Below, in pieces: positions 1 through 9,591 of a stretch of DNA of 64,000 bases. The first letter of the stretch is position 1; every line of letters begins with the position of its first letter. The translations under genes were made by a program, and so were the position numbers. This DNA is from Candidatus Latescibacterota bacterium (GTDB taxonomy: Bacteria > Latescibacterota > UBA2968 > GCA-2709665): positions 3,936,001-4,000,000 of the forward strand of contig OZ242180.1 in the NCBI GenBank assembly GCA_965205485.1, written 5' to 3'. The notes beneath the pieces were generated by a model, which saw only the letters and a list, made by a program, of their open reading frames with translations, was not told the DNA's origin and did not search any database.

Positions 1-53
1 CTGCGCCTTGCCGCGCCCGTGTCGTAGGAACAGGAAACACTGGAGGGTTTGAA

Positions 54-1019
54 ATGGAAGAGGGCACTGTCAGGATGGTGGTCCCGGGAGACGATCCCGT
101 GATGATCGCCGGTTCCGGGCATCTGGACCGCCTCGCGCCATACGGACAGGTGATTCTGTACGACTCGAGGCCGGAGTCGACCGCCGAGAAAGTCCAGCGC
201 GCGCAGGGTGCGGGCGTCATCATAAACACGCGAGGGGTCGTTTCCTGGGGGCGGGAGGAATTCGAACGGCTGCCCGGTCTGCGGATGATAACGAGTTGCT
301 CGATCGGCACCGACATGTTCGACCTGGAAGCCGCCCGCGAGCACGGGATTGTGATCTGCAACCAGCCGGGACGGACGGCGCCGGTGGTGGCCGAGCACAT
401 GTTCGGACTGATGTTCGCCGCGGCGAAACGCGCGGCGTTCTTCACGAAGCGCATGCAGGCGGGCGAGTGGCCCAGGATTGATGGCATCTACCTGCAGGGC
501 AAGGTACTGGGCATTGTGGGCGCAGGGAATAGCGGGGCCGAGATGGCCAGGCTCGGTCGCGCCATCGGGATGGAAGTCATTGCGTGGACGTTCCACCCGT
601 CTCCGGAACGGGCCGAAAGGCTGGGCGTGCGTTTCGTAGCGCTGGATGAGTTGCTTTCGCAGGCCGACGTCGTCAGCATGCACGTCGCGCTGACTGAAGA
701 CAGTCGCGGTATGATCGGCTCGCGGGAATTCGGTCTGATGAAAGACGGCGCCATTCTGGTGAACGGCGCGCGGGGACCGGTGGTCGATACGGACGCGCTC
801 GTTGCCGCGCTCCGCTCCGGGCGTCTGGCTGGAGCAGCCATCGACGTGTACGACGAAGAGCCGGTGCCGCCGTCTCATCCGCTGCTGTCCTGCGAGCAAG
901 TGGTGTTGACGCCTCACTGCGCCGATATGACCCCGGAAGGGGTCGACCTGCTGAACGGCGGCGCCGTGGAAAATGTCATTGCATTTCTGGAGGGTCGCCC
1001 GCGCAACCGGGTGACATAG
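54..1019 (+). CDS. D-isomer-specific 2-hydroxyacid dehydrogenase (glycerate/phosphoglycerate dehydrogenase-like)
   Basis: Rossmann motif GIVGAGNSG, LVNGARG (catalytic Arg), DVYDEEP and TPHCA (catalytic His); RBS ggaggg upstream. Confidence 0.9.
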   Translation: MEEGTVRMVVPGDDPVMIAGSGHLDRLAPYGQVILYDSRPESTAEKVQRAQGAGVIINTRGVVSWGREEFERLPGLRMITSCSIGTDMFDLEAAREHGIVICNQPGRTAPVVAEHMFGLMFAAAKRAAFFTKRMQAGEWPRIDGIYLQGKVLGIVGAGNSGAEMARLGRAIGMEVIAWTFHPSPERAERLGVRFVALDELLSQADVVSMHVALTEDSRGMIGSREFGLMKDGAILVNGARGPVVDTDALVAALRSGRLAGAAIDVYDEEPVPPSHPLLSCEQVVLTPHCADMTPEGVDLLNGGAVENVIAFLEGRPRNRVT

Positions 1020-1039
1020 ACTCGAAGGAAACCAACGGC

Positions 1040-3556
1040 ATGGGGGAATCCGGTATGGATGCGTACGAACCGCTGAATCTGTCCGGCATCTGCAACGCCG
1101 GACCGGAGCATCTCGGCGAGGGATCGGATGTCTCTGCGGGTGTCCGGCACTACCAGGGGCTGCCGTTTCTGATTGGTCGCGCCGACACGGAAGCAGGGCC
1201 GTGTCTGCTGGGTTTCGGCGAGGGATTTGAGGATCACCCGACCTCCATTCCGGTTGAAAAGACGTCGCGGCGCGTCATCGTGGCGCACCGGCTGCTCGAT
1301 TCGCGGATTCCGGACAATGGTCCGATCGGCGAACGCGTCGCTGAATACCGATTCCATCTGAAAGGCGGCGTCGTTGTTCCAGTTCCCATCCGGGACCGGT
1401 TCGAGATCGGCGCCGTTCCGGCGACGGCAGGGCTACCGTTCGTGGCGGTCCAGGACCGGACCGACGGCATGCTCCCACGCCACGAGGGACGGTGGGGAGA
1501 CGCCGGACGCCGGCAGACCGAGGCGTTCCAGGGGAGATCGCGGGACTTTGCGCTCTGGGTCTGGGAGAATCCGCACCCGAATCGAGTCATCGAACGGCTC
1601 GAGGTGATCCCGGCGGGTCCCAGGTTCGTCATCGGCGGCGTCACGCTGGGCCACGCCGACGAGCATCCGTTTTCGCGGGAGGCGCCGAGGGAGGTGCTGA
1701 TTACGCTGCCGGAGCGCGAGGACGCCGAAAAGCCGTTCGACCTGGACGTAAAGGTGGACCGGGGCATTGCCACGTACCCCTTTCCGCTGCCGGCGCAGTC
1801 GTCGGAAGCGTTCCTGAGGGACAGCAGGAAGGGCTGGGGGGAACCACAGAATCCGTCGAGCAGTCCCGCCTACGTGGAGGTGGCCGCGATTCCCTCGGCA
1901 ACGGTGACGGTGACGCAGGGCTCCGAGACCCTCGGCGCCGTCCGTTGGGGAGAGTTGGAAGAGCAGGGAAGCCTCGAGACCCGGGCATTGAAGGTCGAAG
2001 TCGTGAACCGCGGCCGCAACTGGGTGCACACCCGTGTGGTGGACGACGAGACGGGGCAACCCGTACCGTGCCGGGTGCACTTCCGGTCGCCCGAGGGGAT
2101 ACCCTACGCGCCACACGGTCACCATCCGCACGTGAATTCCAACCAGGACACCTGGCATATCGACGTGGGCGGCGACGTCCGGCTGGGTCAGATAACGTAC
2201 GCGTACACGGACGGCACCTGTCAGGGCTGGCTGCCGCGGGGCAAGGTCATCGTCGACGTGGCGCGGGGATTCGAATACGAACCGTTACGCGCCGCGGTGG
2301 AGATCAGACCCGGGCAACGGGAACTGGAACTGCGGCTGAAACGCTGGTGCCGCATGAATGAGGCGAGGTGGTTCAGCGGGGATTCGCACGTGCACTTTCT
2401 CTCCACGCAGGGAAGCCACACCGAGGCCCAGGGAGAGGATCTCAATGTTGTCAATCTGCTGCCTTCGCAGTGGGGCAACCTCTTTACGAGCACCGAGGAG
2501 TTTACCGGCAGGGCGAGCGTGTCGCCGGACGGGAGCAGCATTGTCTACGTCGGTTCCGAAAACAGGCAGCATTTTCTGGGGCACCTGATTCTGCTCGGTC
2601 TGAAAGAGACCGTGATGCCCTGGTGTTCCGACGGACCGGGAGAAGCGGAGATGGGCGGGACCCTCGAAGTGACGATGTCGGATTGGGCGGACCGGTGTCA
2701 CGCACAGGGCGGAACCGTCGTCATTCCCCATCTGCCCAATCCCAACGGCGAACCCGCGGCGCTCATCGCCACGGGGCGGGCCGACGCGGTTGAGATGCTC
2801 AGGCATACCGCGTACAATCATCACGAATACTATCGTTATCTCAACAGCGGGTACAGGCTGCCGCTAGTGGGCGGCACCGACAAGATGAGCAGCGACGTGC
2901 CGGTGGGCATTTACAGGACGTATGTGAGAATTCCCGAAGACGAGCCGTTCAACTACGAAGCCTGGTGCAGGAACATGGCCGCCGGACGGACCTTTCACAG
3001 CGGGGGTCCGATCATCCGGTTCACGGTGGACGGCCACGAAATCGGCGACACGATCGGACTCCCGGGTAACGGGGGTACGGTCGAAGCCGTTGCGGAGGCC
3101 GAAAGCGTACTGCCCATCCATACGCTTCAGATCGTACAGAACGGGCGGGTCGTTGCTTCGACGGAAGAGTCCGGGGGCACGCGAAAGCTGCGTCTGAAAG
3201 CGGATATCGACGTGGGCGCGCACTCGTGGCTGGCAGCGCGCTGCGGGGGACCGGGTTACTACGAGGCGGTACCGCACCTGGACGGCTGGGGTCGCGGGAT
3301 CATGGCGCATACCTCCCCGGTCTACATTGCCTGCGGCGGCGAATGGTGGATGTTCGATTCTGACACGGCGAGGTATATGTTGACGCTGGTGGACGGCTGT
3401 CTATCGTACATGCAGCTCAACAGTCGGCAGCACAGGCCGGGAGAGGTCACCCACCACCACGGGGAGGAGGACCACATGGCATACCTTGAACGGCCGTTTC
3501 GGGAGGCGAGGGAGGCCATCCATCGCAGGATGCACCGGCACGGGGTCCCCCACTGA
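1040..3556 (+). CDS. CehA/McbA-family (PHP-like) metallohydrolase, paralog 1
   Basis: 838 aa; motifs SGDSHVH, ENRQHFLGH, IPH, GGTDKMS, AHTSPVY; VARGFEY carboxypeptidase-regulatory-like segment; alternative start 1055. Confidence 0.75.
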   Translation: MGESGMDAYEPLNLSGICNAGPEHLGEGSDVSAGVRHYQGLPFLIGRADTEAGPCLLGFGEGFEDHPTSIPVEKTSRRVIVAHRLLDSRIPDNGPIGERVAEYRFHLKGGVVVPVPIRDRFEIGAVPATAGLPFVAVQDRTDGMLPRHEGRWGDAGRRQTEAFQGRSRDFALWVWENPHPNRVIERLEVIPAGPRFVIGGVTLGHADEHPFSREAPREVLITLPEREDAEKPFDLDVKVDRGIATYPFPLPAQSSEAFLRDSRKGWGEPQNPSSSPAYVEVAAIPSATVTVTQGSETLGAVRWGELEEQGSLETRALKVEVVNRGRNWVHTRVVDDETGQPVPCRVHFRSPEGIPYAPHGHHPHVNSNQDTWHIDVGGDVRLGQITYAYTDGTCQGWLPRGKVIVDVARGFEYEPLRAAVEIRPGQRELELRLKRWCRMNEARWFSGDSHVHFLSTQGSHTEAQGEDLNVVNLLPSQWGNLFTSTEEFTGRASVSPDGSSIVYVGSENRQHFLGHLILLGLKETVMPWCSDGPGEAEMGGTLEVTMSDWADRCHAQGGTVVIPHLPNPNGEPAALIATGRADAVEMLRHTAYNHHEYYRYLNSGYRLPLVGGTDKMSSDVPVGIYRTYVRIPEDEPFNYEAWCRNMAAGRTFHSGGPIIRFTVDGHEIGDTIGLPGNGGTVEAVAEAESVLPIHTLQIVQNGRVVASTEESGGTRKLRLKADIDVGAHSWLAARCGGPGYYEAVPHLDGWGRGIMAHTSPVYIACGGEWWMFDSDTARYMLTLVDGCLSYMQLNSRQHRPGEVTHHHGEEDHMAYLERPFREAREAIHRRMHRHGVPH

Positions 3557-3597
3557 CAGACGGTCCGGGACCGTCGGCAGGGCGTCGCGAAAAGGCG

Positions 3598-4680
3598 CTA
3601 TTTAGCCTGCAGATATCCTTCTGCCGCAAGCAGTTCAGCCATGAGAATGGCGCCGCCCGCCGCACCCCGAACGGTGTTGTGGCTCAGTGCGATGAATCTG
3701 TAATCGAAAAGGTTGTCGTCCCGCAGCCTGCCGAGCGTAACGCCCATGCCGTTCCCCGCGTCCCGGTCCAACCGGGTCTGGGGCCTGTCTTCTTCATCGA
3801 AATAGGTCAGGAACGGTTTTGGCGAAGAGGGCAGCGCGGCCGCCTTCGGGTCCCCCTGAAAGTTCCGCCAGGAATCGATGACCTGCTCCCGGGAGGGCTT
3901 CCGTTCGAACGACACCGACGTGGCGGCCATGTGTCCGTCGCTGACGGGTACGCGGATGCACTGTGCTGAAATTGCCGGGCCGCTGGCGTTCCGGATTTCA
4001 CCGTCGTGGATCTCACCCCAGATTTTCAGCGGTTCCATCGCGCTCTTTTCCTCTTCTCCTCCGATGAAGGGGATGATATTGTCCTCCATTTCCGGCCACG
4101 ACTGAAAGGTCTTTCCGGCGCCGGAAATGGCCTGGTAGGTGCATACGGATGCGCTATGGGGTCCGAATTCCGCAAGCGCCTCGAAAGCGGGAACGTAGGG
4201 CTGTATCGAGCAGTTGGGCTTGACGGCGACGAAGCCCGAACGCGTGCCCAGGCGTTTCCGCTGCGCCTCGATGACGGCCACGTGTTCCGCGTTGATCTCG
4301 GGCATGAGCATCGGCACGTCGGGCGTCCACCGGTGGGCGGAGTTGTTGGACGCCACGGGCGTTTCCCGTCTGGCATAGGCGTCCTCGAGATTGCGGATGT
4401 CCTCCTTTTCCATATCCAGCGCCGAACAGACGAAATCGGCCTCGCCGGCAATCGCGTCGATTTCGTTGACGTTCCTGACCGTCAGATCGGCGATGCCGGA
4501 CGGGATGTCCGATTCAAGGGTCCAGCGGCCGGCGACCGCTTCGGCGTACGACTTCCCCGCGGACCGCGGGCTGGCCGCCACCGCCGAGACTACGAACCAG
4601 GGATGGTCTTCCAGGAGTGAAACGAAGCGCTGACCGACCATGCCGGTCGCGCCCAGAACGCCTGCTTTGAGCTTTCTCAT
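3598..4680 (-). CDS. asd: Aspartate-semialdehyde dehydrogenase
   Basis: GVLGATGMVGQRF, PNCS catalytic Cys, QAISGAG, RVPVSDGH, HNTVRGAAG; start moved to ATG at 4680 (RBS aaggaa) because the longer ORF runs into the riboswitch. Confidence 0.96.
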   Translation of the reverse strand: MRKLKAGVLGATGMVGQRFVSLLEDHPWFVVSAVAASPRSAGKSYAEAVAGRWTLESDIPSGIADLTVRNVNEIDAIAGEADFVCSALDMEKEDIRNLEDAYARRETPVASNNSAHRWTPDVPMLMPEINAEHVAVIEAQRKRLGTRSGFVAVKPNCSIQPYVPAFEALAEFGPHSASVCTYQAISGAGKTFQSWPEMEDNIIPFIGGEEEKSAMEPLKIWGEIHDGEIRNASGPAISAQCIRVPVSDGHMAATSVSFERKPSREQVIDSWRNFQGDPKAAALPSSPKPFLTYFDEEDRPQTRLDRDAGNGMGVTLGRLRDDNLFDYRFIALSHNTVRGAAGGAILMAELLAAEGYLQAK

Positions 4681-4717
4681 TTCCGTTCCTTCTTGGAGTG
4701 AGGGTTGTCGGTGGCAC

Positions 4718-4758
4718 AAAAACAGCCGGCATGTCCAGAGGTAGAGACATCGCCGGCT
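4718..4758 (-). terminator. Intrinsic terminator (expression platform of the lysine riboswitch)
   Basis: Minus strand AGCCGGC-G-ATGTC / GACAT-GCCGGCT stem followed by GTTTTT, between the aptamer and the asd start. Confidence 0.8.
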
Positions 4759-4779
4759 ACGACCGATCCGGGCCACGTC

Positions 4780-4962
4780 GCAAGAGAGCGCTCCACGGGA
4801 CGCTGTTTCCCGTGACAGTCCACTGGATCTTATCCAGCGGCCCAGCCCGTTCATCCCGGCGGCGGGAGTTTCGGGCTTCGGCAGGTTTGCCCTTTCGACC
4901 GGCAGTTGTGGGTCCGCCGTCCACTGCCGGCTACTGATGCAAACCCGCGCCTCTACCCTTGC
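4780..4962 (-). ncRNA. Lysine riboswitch (L-box) aptamer
   Basis: Minus strand shows the conserved blocks in order: GUAGAGGCGCG...AUCAGUAG...GAAAGGG...GCCGAAG...CUGGGCC...GGACUGUCAC...GGAGCGCU. P1 GCAAGGG(U)AG pairs with CUCUCUUGC. Directly upstream of asd. Confidence 0.92.
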
Positions 4963-4971
4963 AGCGGTAGG

Positions 4972-4999
4972 AAAATATACAAACGCGGATTTTTGTCAA
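4972..4999 (-). promoter_or_regulatory. Sigma-70-type promoter for the asd leader
   Basis: TTGACA-N16-TATTTT on the minus strand; the predicted start site falls a few nt before riboswitch P1. Confidence 0.65.
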
Positions 5000-5175
5000 G
5001 AAAAAGTGTCGTGAAGTCCCCGGCAATCGGGTTCGGTCATGCGGAAGCGGCTGTTGAAGTCGCGATGCCGGAACTTCGGCGCCGCCCCCGCTCGCGTCTG
5101 GTCCGCAGCGCGGATTTTCTCAATAAGTCTTAATTTAATAACGATTTATTGTGTTCTATGTACGTGGGCAATGTG

Positions 5176-5922
5176 TCAGAGCGCCAGCAGCCGTGCGATG
5201 TTTCCGCCGAGAATGGCGGTTAGATCGGGTCCCGGGAGTCCGGAGGCCCGGACCTTTGCGAGATCGGTCGTAATGTAGGTTGCCAGGTCGGGCGTGGGAT
5301 AGGGCCCGTCGGTACCCCAGATGATGCGTTCCGGCCCCAGCCGTTCAAGGGCCTCGCGGATTTTCCATATCAGTACGACGCCGCTGATGTCCATGTAAAC
5401 GTTCCCGTATGTTTCGGCGAGCCCCAGAAACCGATCGATGAGTCCACGGTCCGTACACAGGTACCGGCCCATGTGGGCGACGATGATCGGGGTGTCGGTA
5501 AAGGCGCGGGCCATGCGCTCGAGGTCGGCGTGCCGTCCGATGAAGTCGATGAGACATGGAACGCCGTGTCTGCCGGCCAGTTCGAGTACGGGGTCTGTCA
5601 CGTATTCCGCGAGGGTGCATTCCCCGGCGTGTATCTTGATGCCCTTGAAGTCCATGACGGTGATGGCTTTTTCGATGCATCCGATGATGGACCGTTCCGC
5701 GTTGGGCAGCGCGTAGGCGTACGGGATCAGGCGGTCCGGATACAACTCGTGCGCGGTCCGGGCCCGCGAGATGGCGTCGAACGCGGTGGTGCAGATGGCG
5801 AAGACCACGGACTTGTCCACGCCGGCGCGGTCCATGGATTCAACGATCTGGCGGGCGGTGTATTCCGTACGCTCTGCGTTGCCGTGCCTGAGGTGCACAT
5901 GGCTGTCGATAATCATTGACAT
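5176..5922 (-). CDS. Amidohydrolase-2 family protein
   Basis: IIDSHVH, GIKIH, VAHMG, WGTDGP, GGNIARLL. Confidence 0.88.
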   Translation of the reverse strand: MSMIIDSHVHLRHGNAERTEYTARQIVESMDRAGVDKSVVFAICTTAFDAISRARTAHELYPDRLIPYAYALPNAERSIIGCIEKAITVMDFKGIKIHAGECTLAEYVTDPVLELAGRHGVPCLIDFIGRHADLERMARAFTDTPIIVAHMGRYLCTDRGLIDRFLGLAETYGNVYMDISGVVLIWKIREALERLGPERIIWGTDGPYPTPDLATYITTDLAKVRASGLPGPDLTAILGGNIARLLAL

Positions 5923-6052
5923 TGCTCCTGTTCAACGCGGGGTCGGTTGGTTTCCGCCCGCCTATGACCTGATAACCGCCTGAGAGTACGGAGAAAGCGC
6001 CCGGCCGTCAATCGATTTCAGACAGATGTCACAAGATTGGAGCGTAAAGCGT

Positions 6053-8545
6053 ATGTCGGACCTGTTTCAAACGCTGGACCTGGACCCATGGTATAATTGC
6101 GGGACGGAGAATGTGGAGACCACGGACGGGTACCTGTGGCCGGCCGCGCACGGATCGCCGGGTTTGAGCGGGCTGCACCGGCTCCCGGGGGGAAGCTGCC
6201 GGTTTTGGGGGGTTCCGTTCGCCCTTGCCGACCGCGTGGAGAATTCCCGCCAGCCGGCATTCATCGTGGTTTCGGGTCGGGCAGGCGTGAATGGCGCCGG
6301 ATCAGTAACTATAGATGTCGGCCGGAAGGCGCGCCGGGTGTTGTTCGCCCACGTCTGTACGCCGGTCCGCGGCGCGGATGCGAGCCTTGAAGGGACCGGA
6401 GAAGTCGTGGGTAGGTACCGGATCGGCTACGATTCCGGAACTGAGGTGGACCAGGAATTGAGACGGCGCTTCGAGATTCACGACCTGTTCGTGCCGTGGG
6501 GGCACCATCCCTTTCTCTGCCGGAATTGCCGCGAGTTTCTCCCGGTGGGTCTGGACGACCGGAGCGTGCCGTATGGCGCGGCACAGGTTGGCGTAAGATC
6601 GGAAAGCAGCGATCTGTCGGGCTGGTGGCTTTTCGACTGGGTCAATCCGCATCCGGGAAAGACCATCGGGAAAATCGAGGTGTCGGCGTCCGGAGGGGCT
6701 GCAGTCGCTCTGGGCGGCATCACGCTCTGCCGCGAGGAGCGGGACCCGCTTGCCTGGCATCCGCGCAGCGAGGTGGCGGTTTCGACAGAAGGCGGAGAGG
6801 AGGTCGCGGTCGATATGGATCGCGGCGTGATCGTGCGGCAGGACCGGCTCTACGTGCCCGGCGCGGATTTCCTTGAAACGGATGAGGCTGGGTGGGGGTC
6901 AGGCGGACAGGCTGTTCAGGAGGGGCGGTATCTGGAGGTCCACGGCTCGCGGGAGGGGCGGCTGAACGTCCGGTGCGGAGAATCGAACGAGGCGTTCCGC
7001 TGGGGAGACGTTCTGGACGAAAAGACCGTGACGAGCGGCGCGACGCGGGTGTCGCTGGTTGCGCCCGCGGGACGGCAGTGGATGCATGTCAGGGTGAACG
7101 ACGCCGCCATCGGCAGGCCGGTCGGATGCCGGATACACTTCCGGTCGCCTCACGGCGCCTATTTCGCGCCGCACGGCCACCAGGCTGATGTCAATACAGC
7201 GTGGTTCGAGGATATGGGCGGCGACTGCAAGGTGCGCGGCACGCCTTACGCCTACATTGACGGTACCTGCCAGGTGGAACTTCCGGTAGGGCCGGTCTAC
7301 GTGGAGGTGGCGCGCGGATTCGAGTATGTGCCCGTGCGGAGGCTGTTGGAGATCAAGCCGGGTCAGCGCGATCTCTCTGTGGACATTGAACGCGCATTCA
7401 ACATGAAAGACCGGGGATTCTATTCCGGCGACACCCACGTGCATTTCCTGTCGTCGCAGTCCTCCCATCTTGAAGCCGCCGGGGAAGACCTCAACGTCGT
7501 GAACCTTCTGGCCAGTCAGTGGGGCCGTCTGTTCACGAGCTGGGAGGAGTTTACGGGCGGCCTGTCGCCAACGAGCAGCGAGTTCCACAAGATCTGGGTG
7601 AGTCAGGAAAACCGTCAGCACGTGCTGGGGCACATCAGTCTGCTGGGTCTGAAAGAAATGGTTGCGCCGATGTGTACCGGCGGCCCGCAGGAGGACTGGA
7701 TCGGCGGCGAGATTCAGGTCCTCATGGCGGATTGGGCCGAAGCCTGCCGGAAGCAGGGGGGACTGGTGATCATGCCGCATATGCCCACGCCCGATTTCGA
7801 GAATGCCGCCAATATCCTGCTGGGCCAGGCCGACGCCGCGGAAATGTGCTGGATCTGGCACGGCGAACGGATCGGCGCCGGAGAGCGCGGGTACTACCGG
7901 TGGCTGAATGCGGGGCAGAAACTACCGATCGTCGGCGGAACGGATAAGATGTCGAACGAGCGCATTCTGGGGGGTTCGCGCACCTATGCTAAACTCGAAC
8001 GCGGAGAAGAGTTTACATATGAAAATTGGTGTAACGCTGTAAAACGCGGCACGACGTTCGCCAGCACCGGGGCGATGATCGATCTGTGCGTCGACGGAAC
8101 GCCGATGGGCGGGGAGATCTCACTATCGGGAAACGGCGGGACGGTGGAGGTTGTCGCTGAAGCCGAAAGCGTGTGGCCGTTGACCGCCGTGGAACTGATC
8201 GTGAACGGGAAACGTGCTGCCAGACAGACGGCGGCCGGGGACCGAAGGGCGGTTACACTGAAGCAGGCGTTGAAATTGGAAAAGTCATGCTGGGTGGCTG
8301 CCCGCTGCTGGGGTGAGTACGCCACGGACGCCGGTCCGGTTATGGCACATTCGTCGCCTGTCTACATCGACGTGGGCAATCGATGCGCGTTCGAGTCCGC
8401 CGACTGCGAATATCTGTTGACCCATATGGAGGGAGGCATCGCATGGGCGGAGAAGATCGGCGTGTTCCGCGACGAGAATACGCGCGCGCGGCTGATCGCG
8501 CTGTTTCGCCGGGCACAGGACGAGTTGAGCCGGCGGGCGCGCTAG
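6053..8545 (+). CDS. CehA/McbA-family (PHP-like) metallohydrolase, paralog 2
   Basis: SGDTHVH, ENRQHVLGH, GGTDKMS, AHSSPVY; collinear with 1040..3556; alternative start 6026. Confidence 0.75.
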   Translation: MSDLFQTLDLDPWYNCGTENVETTDGYLWPAAHGSPGLSGLHRLPGGSCRFWGVPFALADRVENSRQPAFIVVSGRAGVNGAGSVTIDVGRKARRVLFAHVCTPVRGADASLEGTGEVVGRYRIGYDSGTEVDQELRRRFEIHDLFVPWGHHPFLCRNCREFLPVGLDDRSVPYGAAQVGVRSESSDLSGWWLFDWVNPHPGKTIGKIEVSASGGAAVALGGITLCREERDPLAWHPRSEVAVSTEGGEEVAVDMDRGVIVRQDRLYVPGADFLETDEAGWGSGGQAVQEGRYLEVHGSREGRLNVRCGESNEAFRWGDVLDEKTVTSGATRVSLVAPAGRQWMHVRVNDAAIGRPVGCRIHFRSPHGAYFAPHGHQADVNTAWFEDMGGDCKVRGTPYAYIDGTCQVELPVGPVYVEVARGFEYVPVRRLLEIKPGQRDLSVDIERAFNMKDRGFYSGDTHVHFLSSQSSHLEAAGEDLNVVNLLASQWGRLFTSWEEFTGGLSPTSSEFHKIWVSQENRQHVLGHISLLGLKEMVAPMCTGGPQEDWIGGEIQVLMADWAEACRKQGGLVIMPHMPTPDFENAANILLGQADAAEMCWIWHGERIGAGERGYYRWLNAGQKLPIVGGTDKMSNERILGGSRTYAKLERGEEFTYENWCNAVKRGTTFASTGAMIDLCVDGTPMGGEISLSGNGGTVEVVAEAESVWPLTAVELIVNGKRAARQTAAGDRRAVTLKQALKLEKSCWVAARCWGEYATDAGPVMAHSSPVYIDVGNRCAFESADCEYLLTHMEGGIAWAEKIGVFRDENTRARLIALFRRAQDELSRRAR

Positions 8546-8585
8546 TCTCCCTTCGCCGTAACGTCACGCAGAGTCAGGGGGAGCC

Positions 8586-9392
8586 ATGAGATTCAAGCTG
8601 GGATACTGCACGCTCAGATGGCAGGAGCCGGACCTGGAACCGGCGCTGGAGGAGTTGAACGAGGCCGGATGGGACGGCTGGGAGGGAAGGATGTCCGCGG
8701 ACTGGCTGGGGCCGCCCTCCCGGTTGCGGAGGGTGTGCGGGAACGCCGGATTGCCGATGGCCGTCTACACCGCCAGTGGATCGCCGGATGTTCGGGATTG
8801 GGCGCACGTGGAGCGCAACCGGCGCCGCATGGATTACGCCGCCGAGGTGGGGGCCGACTGCTTTATGTTCATGAGCGGCGGCAAACCGGCGGGCCGGCAG
8901 GTGAACGAGGATGACCTGACCGCTGCCGCCGAGGGCGCTGAAGCGTGGGCGGAATACGCGGAAACGCTCGGGCTGGAGATCAGCTACCACATTCACACCA
9001 ATACGCTGGTGGACTCAGCGGCCGACTGGAAGTTCTACACCGCGCGGCTGCGCAAGGCGAAGCTCTGTATCGACGTGTCGCATGCCAGGCTCTGGGGCTA
9101 TAATCCGGCGGACTCGATTCGTGATTTCAGAAGCCGGTTGAACTACATGCACCTCCAGGATTACACGTCCTGCTCACGGGATGAAAGCGGGCGATACGAT
9201 CCCGTCTGGTGCGACGTCGGGGAAGGGACGGACCTGGATTTCGGCTCGATTCGAAGCGCGCTGGTGGAGATTGGCTTTTCACGCTGGGTAACCAGCTGTC
9301 CGGGAAACCCGGTACCGGGGGCCGAAGACCCCGTCAGCGAAGCCAGGCGAAGCCGGAAGACATACGCGTTCCTGCGGCGAATCGGATATTGA
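8586..9392 (+). CDS. Sugar phosphate isomerase/epimerase (IolE-like TIM barrel)
   Basis: GWDGWE, SYHIH, LCIDVSH, YMHLQD, DVGEG.LDF; RBS ggggag. Confidence 0.82.
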   Translation: MRFKLGYCTLRWQEPDLEPALEELNEAGWDGWEGRMSADWLGPPSRLRRVCGNAGLPMAVYTASGSPDVRDWAHVERNRRRMDYAAEVGADCFMFMSGGKPAGRQVNEDDLTAAAEGAEAWAEYAETLGLEISYHIHTNTLVDSAADWKFYTARLRKAKLCIDVSHARLWGYNPADSIRDFRSRLNYMHLQDYTSCSRDESGRYDPVWCDVGEGTDLDFGSIRSALVEIGFSRWVTSCPGNPVPGAEDPVSEARRSRKTYAFLRRIGY

Positions 9393-9439
9393 TTCCGGAA
9401 CGCCGGCCTGAGCCGGCATCCGCGCACTAAAGCACAGGT

Positions 9440-9493
9440 TGCCATTTTGGCATACTGTGTCGATTTGGCGGTACAAGATATGCCAAAATGGCA
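9440..9493. promoter_or_regulatory. Cluster of palindromic 13-bp sites (TGCCA-N3-TGGCA x2 plus one degenerate copy); putative transcription-factor binding sites
   Basis: TGCCATTTTGGCA 9440-9452, TGTCGATTTGGCG 9458-9470, TGCCAAAATGGCA 9481-9493; the outer sites form a perfect 15-bp inverted repeat. Confidence 0.5.
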
Positions 9494-9534
9494 TATCTAT
9501 TCTTTCCTTGAATTCAAACAAACAAATCGCAGAG

Positions 9535-9585
9535 ACGGAAAGAGCAGGGCGCCCGGGAAACCCCAGGGCGCCCTGCTCTTTCCGT
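9535..9585. terminator. Hairpin between convergent genes, likely bidirectional terminator
   Basis: Perfect 20-bp stem ACGGAAAGAGCAGGGCGCCC / GGGCGCCCTGCTCTTTCCGT. Confidence 0.75.
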
Positions 9586-9591
9586 ATTCCA

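Noticed and set aside
4681..4854. N-terminal extension of the asd ORF in the track
   Set aside because: Overlaps the riboswitch; the Rossmann motif and RBS place the start at 4680
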